Of a DNA stretch of 64,000 bases, positions 37,811 through 49,619 are shown piece by piece. How positions within the stretch are numbered: position 1 is the stretch's first letter; each line of letters begins with the position of its first letter. Source of the DNA: the human T2T-CHM13v2.0 reference genome, Homo sapiens. The stretch lies in the NCBI RefSeq assembly GCF_009914755.1, contig NC_060929.1. One strand, written 5' to 3'. The notes under the pieces were generated by a model. It was given only the letters and a program-made list of their open reading frames with translations, did not search any database and had not been told where the DNA came from. The position numbers were made by a program, and so were the translations under genes.

Positions 37811-39579
37811 TTTCAACTCTTTCCCACATGATCCGTTTTAAGCATTCCTTTCAGTTGTAGCAGCCCAAACTGGGCCCCTTTTCCTCTCCAGATTTCTCCA
37901 CCAGGTCATCTTTAAGCCAAATTACAGTCCTGAAATTGTGTTGCCTCTAATGTCTATTTCCCAGGAGACCTCCTGTGAGCTGCCCTTGGTGCCAGAATGG
38001 CCCTGCTATCCATAGCAGTCCCCCGTCCCCTGCTGGTGAGTCCCCTTCTCAATGGGCCTGTACTCTACTCTTGCAACTCCAGAAATCAGAAGGCTGATCA
38101 CCTCACTTGGCCTCTATTGTTGCCCAGTTAGCCAGTGTGGGGAAAGGTGAAAGGATGGTTTAACACCCTCCACTCAGTGAGGTCACGCTGGAAACTGATA
38201 CATGGCACTCCATCAACAGCAGAAAGGAGATGAAATACGGGGATACCCTTTCTCCAAATACTCCTTCCCCATGCAAATGTGTAACAGAGATTTTTGGCAC
38301 CAGATCCCACTGGCTGGGACTAAAACAGCCATCAGGCTTTTTGTGATCCTGAAAAAGCTAATGAGAAGATGTGTCTCTGTGTAATTCAAACAGTATCCAT
38401 TTCATGGACAATCGTTTTTTAAATGGGCAACAAATCTCCCTGGCATGTTCCTTTCTCTGACAAACAAAGGCTCCGTCTGGTCTCTTTGTGGGCTGTGTCC
38501 AATCAACAAGGGCAAGAGGCCCTTGATGCCTGTTCAAAGCCCTGTTAGAGGGCAGACCCGCTGGGCGGCCTTGCTCCCTCCTGAAAAGTTTCTCTCATTG
38601 GAAGCCAAGTCAACATCTAGAATTTTCAACTTGGACTGATGAAGCAGGCCACTGATTTCAACTGACTCTAAACGGCAAGTTGAAAACTTTTCAGACTACG
38701 TTTACTCCTGTTTCAGGCAGTAGCATTAAGGGATGGAGTAAGACAAAACCACATAGCATCACCAGATAGGGTAGCACCACAATGTAAGGGGCCCCTGGGG
38801 TGCATTCCTGGCTCCTCAGGTCCTGGGGGAGCAGGGTAAGCGCCTCTGAACCCTGAGAGTGGGGAGGGCCCATAGCAATATAATACTTTTGCACCAAGTA
38901 TTGCTGCAAAAATGAGGTGACATGTGAACGTGGTCTGCCCTGTGAAGCTGGCCTCTGCTGTCCTGGCTTCCAAGGGTCATGAATAAAATAAACAACCACA
39001 CTGCTTAAATTCCAAAAACTCTTCAAACCATCCCTCTCTATCTCAGCAGAGTTTGCGCATTCTTATCCTGGAGCAAAATTCCTCATGAGAACACATCGCC
39101 ATAGCAACCCCTCACCTTTTGACCTCAAAAGGGAAATTAATAGGAGAATAGAGTTTACTCTGAAGTAGTTTGACAACCAATAATTCATGTGTGTGTGAAG
39201 CAGTGACCTTCACTGAGCACCTACTACATGCAGAGAGTTTCGCTGAGCACCTACTACTACATCATTTGGGGTGGTGAATATACATGTTGAAAAGGGAGGG
39301 CCTATACCTGTGCTCAGGTAATTGCAGGCCTGTGAAAGGTATCTGGTAGGTGCCTGGTATATATGACCTCAAGGAATCCGTACAGCAAAACCATGAGCCA
39401 GGTGTTCCCTTCATCCTCATTCTATAGCCAAGGTAACAGAGAAACTTGTTGAGAGAAGAACCAGAATTTGCTCAAGCACCTACAGCTAGAAGGGATGAGC
39501 AAGAATTCATACATAAGTGGATCCAGAGCCCTCCTGCACCAGAGGCCATGAAGAGTGGATCCACTGAGCCCACAGGTGT

Positions 39580-39730
39580 GTGGTGACCAGCCCATATAAT
39601 GCTTTTAAAATAAGGTGTTAGCAGTAAGAAATTAAGGAATATCACACAAAAATCTATCATAAATTTTTAGGTTATTTTTAATAGAAAGATATGGCCACAC
39701 TTGGGCTTGCACTCCCCCATGGCTGCCTCC
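39580..39730. mobile_element. hAT-Charlie relic, MER102-like
   Basis: aggaatatcacacaaaaatct...gaaagatatggccacacttgggcttgcactcccccatggc resembles the MER102 interior. Confidence 0.4.
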
Positions 39731-40457
39731 ATCCTGTTATTATTTCCTTCTCCCCCTTTACACTCTGCTGCCCCGGTCCCTTCCTCCCTCCTGCACTCTT
39801 ACATGAATTGCCCACTTGGTCCCACCGGCACTGGTGTTTGCACTACCTAGAGCTCCATAAGAACACATCTTTTCTTCATAAAATAAACAACCACACTGCT
39901 CAAATTCCAAAGACTCCCAAGACAATTTGGATGGGAATGCTCCAGGAGGATTAGTTTTCTTCAGTTTAAAAGCAGTTCCCAGTCCCTGGTACTTCATTGT
40001 GTGGCAAACAACATGATAACTTCTTTTTTAGCTTAACAGGCTGTGTCATTATTCTTCCTTTGAATTTTTGCATCTGAGTAATTAATTTAGCAATCCTCTG
40101 TCCTGGAGAATTTTCCCCCTCCTACTAGGTTGGACCCTGCTTTTTTCTTTCAGTCTTAAGTGTGCCGTCTAAATGCTGTTGGATTCCAGAGGTGACTCCC
40201 AGAGCAAGAAAGGGACCTCTTCCTCCCAGTGCTTTTGCTGGGCTGGGTCTTTAGCACCATGTATCCAAAAGCTGGCAAGTGAGGAAGGCTTCTACATGGT
40301 TTCTCTCTCCATAGAGTTTTCTGTTAATCACTTGGTCCCAATCCCATTCCCCAGGCACTAACCTCTGAAATGATATGAATGAGCAGAAACTATGGATGAA
40401 AGGTTGGTCACTAGGATTCTGGGAACAGTTTTTAGATGGTTTAAAACTTGCATATGG

Positions 40458-40941
<484 letters not shown>

Positions 40942-42072
40942 TTAGACTGGGGTTCCTGCTGTCTAGCCTTTTGGCCTCCCCTTAGTCCTTTCACATTTCC
41001 AACCTGGGGTTTTCCAGCCTCTCGCAGGCTCTGGGAGCTTTGGATAACCTTCCTGTGACAATTGAGTCACGTTCTGTTGCTAACGTCCAAAGAACTCCTT
41101 GGCAATATAGCCTCACACTTTGTAGAGAACTTCAAAAGGGTCTCTGGTTAGAAACCAGTTTTGGGACATGGAACATGTCAATTGAAATGCAGCCAACACC
41201 TGGGCAAGTTATCACACTGAACCTTAATACTGTGAAGGCTCTGAGTGATTGGGGTGAGCCGATTCTCCTCAACACCACAGCCCACAGAAAGCTGCTCCCT
41301 GGAGATGAAAAATACTATGTATATCACTGGAATGGGTGTCATGAAATTTACACAGAACACTCCACAAAGTGCAGCTGGAAAGGGGGCAGTGGCTGTGCCA
41401 CAGAAGGGAAGGAGTCTCGGGGGCACCATAACAAGGGAGGGACCATGGAGAAAGGACAGGTTGGGGGTGTGAGAAGACCCCCAAGCAAACCTCATCCACT
41501 TCACAGGGATGAGTTGAATGACCTGGTCCACAGAGGATGGGATCTCCTAAAGAGATGGCAAATTGCCAACTTCTCATGTGGCTTCTCCAGGCTCCACAGG
41601 GGAAATATGGCTGCCCATGGCTCCCAGCTCCAGTAACAGGAAGAGACTGACATGCTCTTATTCCTAAATCCAAATTCTCAGTCTAAATGATCACGTATAC
41701 CTGACTGGTCCTGCAGGAATCAGATGCTCCCCTTGACCAAATCAGCTATGGCCCAGGGAGGGGAGGCTGGTCTCAGGAAGCAAACACAGCTACAAAGAGC
41801 CCACCCATAGGTCTTTCTTCTTCTTCCTTTCTTTGATGGAGATACAATATTCCTAGAGAATGGGTAATTTGGAGGCGGGAAAATACTTCAAAGAACATGA
41901 ACATCAGAAGGAGTTACATGAGGCAAGAAAATACAGACTTCTTAAAATGGGATCACTTCTACTTTAAATATTCTAGGCCATAGAATAAATACCTTAGAGT
42001 TGACAATGTCAAGTATATGTTGTCTCACAAGTCTCCAAGTAAAGCTAATTAGGATCATTTAAAAACCTAACG

Positions 42073-42467
42073 TTTTCTGGGATTTTGGTACACCCATCAC
42101 CTGAGTAGCATACACTGTACCCAATATGTAGTTTTTTATCCTTCACCCCCACCAACCAGCCCCACCCCCGCCAGCCTCCCACTTCTGAGTCTCCAAAGTC
42201 CAACATATCACTCTTTATGCTTTTGCATACCCATAGCTTAGCTCCCACTTATGAGTTAGAACATGCAGTATTTGGTTTTCTGTTCCTAAGTTATTTCACT
42301 TAGAATAATGGCCTCCAGCTCCAACAACATTGCTGCAAAAGGCACAATTTTATTCTTTTTTTATGGCTGAGTAGTATTCTACGGTGTATATATACCACAT
42401 TTTCTTTACCTACTCATTGGTCAATGGGCACTTAGGTTGGTTCCATATCTTTGCAATTATGAACTGT
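42073..42467 (-). mobile_element. L1PB (PB3/4-like) 3' UTR fragment
   Basis: catagcttagctcccacttatgag...cttagaataatggcctccagctcca...gggcacttaggttggttccatatctttgcaatt. Confidence 0.88.
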
Positions 42468-42551
42468 CCACTTTTAATTCTAGTTCTCTTTCTCTTTCTA
42501 CCACATCTGCAATTACTTCCTCCACTGAAGTCTTGAGTCCCTTGAAGTCAT
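42468..42551 (-). mobile_element. Tigger1 transposase fragment
   Basis: Minus strand translates DFKGLKTSVEEVIADVVERERELELKV, close to Tigger1 DFEGFKTSVEEVTADVVEIARELELEV. Confidence 0.85.
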
Positions 42552-42650
42552 TTATTTTTACTTTAATTTTTTTGCCAATCCATGTCTATATTTTATTGGA
42601 AATCTGGCATCTTTTCTTTACCTTGGTGAACATAAGGAGGCAAATAAGTC

Positions 42651-43000
42651 TTTTTTTCCATAAGTTATTGAGGGACTGGTGGTGTATGGTAACATGAGTA
42701 AGTTCTTTAGTGGGGATTTGTGAGATTTTGGTGTACCCTTCACCCAAGCAGTGTACACTGCACCATATTTGTAGTCTTTTATCCCTCACGCCCTTCCCAC
42801 TCTTCCCAAGTCCCCAAAGTCCATTGTATCATTCTTATGCCTTTGTGTCCTCATAGCTTAGCTCCCACATATCAGTGAGAACATACGATGTTTGGTTTTC
42901 CATTCCTGAGTACTTCACTTAGAATAACAGTCTCCAATCTCATCCAGGTCACTGCAAATGCTGTTAATTCATTCCTTTTTATGGCTGCATAGTATTCCAT
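42651..43000 (-). mobile_element. L1PB1-like 3' terminus with short poly(A)
   Basis: tttttttccataagttattg...gagtaagttctttagtggggatttgtgagattttgg...catccaggtcactgcaaatgctgttaattc. Confidence 0.9.
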
Positions 43001-43846
43001 AATATATATATTATATATATTATATTATATTATATAAATATATAAATATATAAAATATTTAAAACATAAATATATATAAATATATGAAATATATATATAA
43101 TATAATATATATTATATGTTGTATATATATATGGGACATAGAACATGTCAGTTGAAATGCAGCCAACACCTGGGCTATATATATATACACATATATATAT
43201 AATATATAAAAATATATAATATATATAATATATATTATATATTATATAATATAATATATTATATATTATATAAAATATATAATATATATTTTATATAATA
43301 TATTATATATAATATATAATATATATTATATATAATATACAATATATAATATATAATATATGTTATATATATATGGCCATAATCAAAAAATCAAGAAAAC
43401 AGTAGATGTTGGTGTGGATGCAGTGAACAGGGAACACTTCTACACTGCTGGTGGGAATGTAAACTAGTACAGTCACTATGGAAAACAGTGTACAGATTCC
43501 TAAAAGAGCTAAAAATGTAACTACCATTTGATCCATCAATCCCACTACTGAGTATCTACCCAGAGGAAAAGAAGTCATTATTCGAAAAAGATACTCACAC
43601 ACACATGTTTATAGTGGCACAATTCATAATAGCAAAATCTTGGAACCAATCCAAATGCCCATCAATCAATGAATGAAGAAACTGTGAGATATATATATAT
43701 ATATATATTACATATATTTTATATATATCTCTCTAATATATTATATATCTCTAATATATATTACATATTATATAATATATATATCTAATATATAATATAT
43801 ATAATATTCCTAGAGTATATATATCTCTAATATATAATATATACTC
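43001..43846. repeat. Expanded (TA)-rich tracts (43001-43372 and 43689-43846) containing templated inserts
   Basis: Direct inspection; see findings. Confidence 0.9.
43373..43690 (+). mobile_element. L1PB1-like ORF2-end/3' UTR segment, inverted relative to 42651-43000
   Basis: atggccataatcaaaaaatc...agggaacacttctacactgctggtgggaatgtaaactagtacag...cagaggaaaagaagtcattattcgaaaaagatac...aagaaactgtg. Confidence 0.9.
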
Positions 43847-44811
43847 TATTCCTAGAGAATGGATAATTTGGAGGTGGGAAAATACTTCAAAGAATATCAA
43901 CATCAGAAGTAGTTACATGAGGCAAGAAAATACAGACTTCTTAAAATGGGATCACTTCTACTTTAAATATTCCAGGCCATATATATATATGGGATATGGG
44001 GCATGGAACATGTCAGTTGAAATGCAGCAGTAAACCTAATGCTTTACACAAACTATACTCAGGGCATCCCATGTTGCCCAGGAGCCTCTAAACTCTCTCT
44101 CCAGGTAAGGCTGACTACCTTGCCTGCCAACATGACCCCACACTTGGGTTTCTTTGGGCTCCAACGGAAGTAATTGCTTAGGCTATAAAATCATCATTGC
44201 TTTCATCTACACATTTTTTAAGATTTATATTTTGTGTCATGCTTCCCCTGGTTTTTGTCTTACTTGTAACAAAATTGTGAGCTCCTATTTTATATAAATA
44301 TTTTTACTTCACTCAGAGCAGCCAGTACCATACTTTTGCTGACGAAATGTTATTAACAAGTTCATAATAAATGCATGCTTGATAACATCCTGGCTGCACT
44401 GAAAATGTTGTCCTCTCCAAACTGTTTTTGTATTAAAAAAAAATCCAGGATTTGCCTGTATCTAAGATGTGAGCAAGATGGAAGATTTTTAAAACGTATC
44501 TTTTTCATCAAGTATTCAATGCTACAGCTATCCAATTTCCATTACGTAAGAATAAGATCCAATAGCTGTCATATTCTGGGTAAGATCTAAGAGTTGTCAC
44601 TCCCTATTCTCATCTTTGGTGATATATTGTGCATAGAATTATCTCAGTGTGAATTCAGATCCCCAGCAAAATATTTGGGCTAGCTTTATATCTTTACTTT
44701 CAAGCTGGTAAGAAAGTTGTTTTTCTTTCTTTCTTTTCCTCCCTCCCTAGGGGTAAAAGATGCCCCTTATCAATGTACCATTCCCATTTGTTCTAGTCTC
44801 TAATGCTTTCT

Positions 44812-45117
<306 letters not shown>

Positions 45118-45154
45118 TTATAATGCTTTCTGAAATAAGACTATGAAAGAATGT

Positions 45155-45389
45155 GTGCCTAAATCAGAGATGATTTTTCCCTTTCCCTGCCTCGGTAGTC
45201 ATTTAGCAACCTCTAAAAACATTTTTGCTTGTCACAACTGTGTGCAGAGGTGGGGGTGATGCTACTGGTATTTAGTGGGTTGAGGCCAGAGTGGTGCTAA
45301 ACATTCTACAATGTACAAGACAGCTTCCTCCCCTACAACAAAGAATTATGTGGCCCAAATGTCTGTAGTTATAAAGTCGACAAACTCTA
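45155..45389 (+). mobile_element. MER20 (hAT-Charlie)
   Basis: acatttttgcttgtcacaactg...tgctactggtatttagtgggttgaggccagag...acaacaaagaattatgtggcccaaatgtc. Confidence 0.88.
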
Positions 45390-45849
45390 GCTTAGATACA
45401 CAAGATGTGCTGGGAGAAGCTATTGTTTAAAAACTTCTCTGGGGCTACAGTGATTTCTGTATGGGAGACAAGAAGGAAATAAGTGAACCTGGCAGTTGTT
45501 GGAGGCATAAGAAAAGAGGACAGGAAACTGAGACATGTCCCTAAAGAATCTCCTGAGAGCCTACTTATTCCACATCAGCGTTGGAAGGGTCTTTAAGAAA
45601 TTACATAAACCAATTTCCTTGTGACGCTATTTGGGAATGGAGAAGCAGAAAGGGAAGGCTGACTTTTCCAAGGTTCTTTAGCAAGTTAGCTGCAGAGCTG
45701 AAACTAGAACTCTGGCCTCATACCCCTAGCCCAGTGTTCTGCCTACTGTATCATGCTGATCCTAATGAAAACAGAAAAGGAAACATTGCTCCAAAAACTA
45801 CCATTGGCCTTTAAATTAATTAAGAGAGATGGGAAGTGAGAAGCCAGTA

Positions 45850-45975
45850 AATTTATTCAACAACAAATATGTATTTAGCACCTACTATATACCAAGCACT
45901 GGTTTTGGTGCTGGAAATATAGCAGTAAATGGAAAAGAAAAATCCCCTGCTGCCACAGGACTCTTTCTAGTGATA
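45850..45975 (-). mobile_element. L2 3' end
   Basis: tttattcaacaacaaatatgtatttagcacctactatataccaagcactgg...atatagcagtaaat. Confidence 0.8.
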
Positions 45976-46189
45976 TAGGCAAGAGAGGTGGCGTGGCTGC
46001 CAGGGAAAGGCAGCAAAGATAAACAGAAGTCTAAGATACATCTGGTACCCTCCAGGGCTCAAAGACCTCAGTGGGCAAATTCCCTAAGTACCTTTATACA
46101 AGATATTTTAGGATGATGTGACATTTGACTTCAGGCTCTAAAAATTCCATAGGTCACTAACTAGTTCATTACTAGGCAATGAAAGAAGA

Positions 46190-46410
46190 GTAATAATAAC
46201 ATCAGCCAACACTTCCTGGATACAAATGTATGTGCAGGATGCTATCTTACCATCTCACTAAATCCTCATAATAATCTTTTGAAGTAGACATCATTATCCC
46301 AGTTTATAGATGCAAAAACTTGGGTTTGATGACATAAAATAATTAGTCCAAGTTAGCGGAACTCACCCTCAGGTCTGTCAGCCTTCAAGGCCTATTCTCT
46401 TAGTGACCAG
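46190..46410 (-). mobile_element. MIR
   Basis: aatcctcataataatc...attatcccagtttatagatgcaaaaact. Confidence 0.7.
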
Positions 46411-48176
46411 GCTAGATCGCGCAAAGATTTTCTAAGCTTTTGGAGCTAAGATCAATCACTCAGTATGGCAGCTACTTCAGGACAACATGTGACTCTCAAT
46501 TTCCCTGTTCCTTTACCAAGGCACAGCTACAGTTTCTCTATAAGATCTCATATCATACAAACACCTATCTTAATTATATATATTGCTCATATTTCTTTCT
46601 GTTTAAAGTAGCTTCTCAAAAAATTTAAATTGTTAGCAGACCACATATTTCACACACTGGAGTAAGGGCCACCTTGTTTGAAATGTAAATGCTTATATGC
46701 TGTTAAACTCTGAAAGCAGAGAGGTATATGAAGAGTTCATTTGCACTTTTGAGCACTACCAGGCAAGACTGATTGCTTGCTGCCCCACAAATTCTCTCCA
46801 CTAGATTAAATTTTGTTAATGGGACCAAGAACATTCAAAATAACCCATTTTTCTATGTGAATACTTGATCTAAGTCATTACTTCTCTACCAGATTAAGTT
46901 TGTCTTTTTTTTTTCTTATCCCTACCAAGAATCTCATCAAGCTCAGCCACACACCGGTCAGTGGGGAGGCTCCAATTCCAGGCTGTAGCTCTTGGACGAC
47001 ACTTCTAGACACACCATGGGACAGAAGGAAACCCAGTGTCTTGAGGGGAAGGACCCAGTCCTGGAAAGATCCAACACCTGCTGAATATAGAGCCCTTGGA
47101 TCCTGAATCACCAGCAGTGATAGCCAGGTAGCTCACTCTGGGCCTTAGGTGAGGCTCTAAGATGTGCTGGCTTCAGGAGAGACCCAGTACATTCCCAGCT
47201 GTGGTGGCTACAGTGAGAGACTCAGGGAGGCTTTCTTTTGTACCTTAGGTACCAACTTGGCCACAGTGAGATAGAGTACCAAGCAAGCTCTTGGAATCCC
47301 TGCTTCCAGGTCATGGCTCTTGGACAGCATTTCTGGACCTGCCCTGGGCCAAAGGAGAGCCCATTGCCCTGAAGGATGAGTCCCAGGCCTGGCAGCCTTC
47401 ACCACAAACTGACTAAAGATCCCTTAGGCCTTAAGGGAACATCAACGGTAGCCTGGCAGTACTCCCTGTGAGCCTGTGATGGTGGTGGCAATGGGGTGAG
47501 GCTGTTCTACCTTTGGAAAGGGGAGGGAAGAGTGAGAAGGACTGTACCTTGTGGTCTGACTGCCAACTCAGATGCAGTAAAATAGAACACTAGGTAAATG
47601 TCTAAGGTTTTTGACTGTAGTCCCTGGCTCCCAGATGGCACCTCTGGACCTGCCCAGGTCCTGGGGGAACTCGCCACCCTAAAGGGAAGGACACAGACCT
47701 GGCTGGCTTTGCTATCTGCTGATTGGGGAGCCCCAGGACTTTGAGCAAACATAAGCCATAGCCAGGAAGTGGTTACAGTAGGCCTTGGGCAAGAACCAGT
47801 ACTGTGCTGGCTTCACATCTGACCCAGTGTGGTCCTAGGGGTGGTGGCCACAAGGATGTTTGTGTCACTCCACCCCCACCTCCACATGGCTCAGAACAGA
47901 AAGAAAGACTTTGTTTGTTTGGGAGAAAGCAAGGAAAGAGACCAAGAGTCTCTGCCTGCTAATCCAGAGAATTCTGGGTCTTGTCCAAGACCATCAAGGT
48001 GGTACTTCTATCAGTCTACAAGAACCAGAGCATGACTGAGCTTAAGGTGTCCCCCTAAAGGATATACAGTTTATCACAACACCCAAGTCTTTGCAAATAT
48101 CTGAAAAGCCTTCCCAAGAAGGATGGGCACAAACAAGCCCAGACTGCAAAGACTGCAGTAAATACCTAATTCTTCA

Positions 48177-49140
48177 ATGCCCAGACACAGATGGACATCT
48201 ACAATTATCATGATGATCCAGGAAAACACGACCTTACCAAATGAACTAAATAAGGCACCAGGGACCAATCCTGGAGAAACAGAAATATGTGACCTTTCAG
48301 ACAGAGAATTCAAAATGTTAAGGAAACTCAAAGAAATTCAGGATAACACAGAGAAGGAATTCAGAATTCTATCTGATAAATTTAACAAAGAGATTGAAAT
48401 AATTTAAAAGAATCAAGCAGGAATTCTGACTTGAAAAACGCAATTGGCATACTAAAGAATGCATCAGAGTCTTTTAATAGCAGAATTGATCAAACAGAAG
48501 AATTAGTGAGCTTGAAGGCAGGCTATTTGAAAACACACAGTGAAAACACATAAGAAAAAAAATTAAAAACAATAAAGCTCACATAAAAGATCTAAAAAAA
48601 ATAGCCTCGAAAGGGCACATCTAAGAGTTATTGGCCTTAAAGAGGAAGTAGAGAAAGAGATAGGGGTAGAAAGTTCATTCAAAGTGATAATAACAGAGAA
48701 CTTCCCAAACCTACAGAAAAATATCAATATCTAAGTACAAGAAGGTTATATAACACCAAGCAGATTAAATCCAAAGAAGACTACCTCAGGACATCTAATA
48801 ATAAAACTCCCAAAGGCCAAGGATAAAGAGATGATCCTAAAAGCAGCAAGAGAAAATAAACAAATAACATACAATGGAGTTCCAATGTGTCTGGCAGCAA
48901 ACTTTTCAGTGGAAACCTTATAGGCCAGGAGAGAATGGCATGACATATTTAAAGAGCTGAAGGAAAAAATTTTTACCCTAGAAAAGTGTATCTGGTGAAA
49001 CTATCCTTCAAATACAAAAATGAAATAAAGACATTCCCAGACAGACAAAAGCTGAGGGATTTCATCAACACCAGACCTTTCCTACAAGAAATGCTAAAGG
49101 GAGTACTTCAATTAGAAAAAAAAAAAGACATTAATGAGCA
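48177..49140 (+). pseudogene. Disrupted L1 ORF1p
   Basis: EICDLSDREFKMLRKLKEIQDNTEKEFRILSDKFNKEIEII, then stops and frameshifts; ORF1-end motif ctacaagaaatgctaaaggg. Confidence 0.85.
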
Positions 49141-49619
49141 ATAAGACACCATCTGAAGGTACAAAATTCACTGGCAATGGTAAATATACAGAAAAACACA
49201 GAATATTATAGTGCTGAAACTGTGGTATGTAAACTACTTATCTTAAATAGAAAGACTAAAAGGTTAATGAATCAGAAATAATAACTACAACAACTTTTCA
49301 AGACACAGACAATACAATAAGATATAAATAAAAACAAAAAAAGCTGGGGGACAAAGTTATAGTGTAGAGTCTTAGTTTTGTTTTTGTTTATTTGTTTGCT
49401 TATGCAAGCAGTAAGTTGTTATCAGCTTAAAATGATGGGTTATAAGATAGTACTTGCAAGCCTCATTGCAACCTCAAATAAAAAACATATGATGAATACA
49501 CAAAAAACAAAAGGCAAGAAATTATATCACCAGAGAAAATCACCTTCACTTAAAGGAAGACAGAAAGGAAGGAAAGAAGGGAAAGAAGGCTGGCCACAAA
49601 ACAACCAGGAGGCAAATAG

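Noticed and set aside
41040-41636. Longest ORF in the window (198 aa)
   Set aside because: Starts at TTG, antisense to SPOCK1, no recognisable domain or exon boundaries
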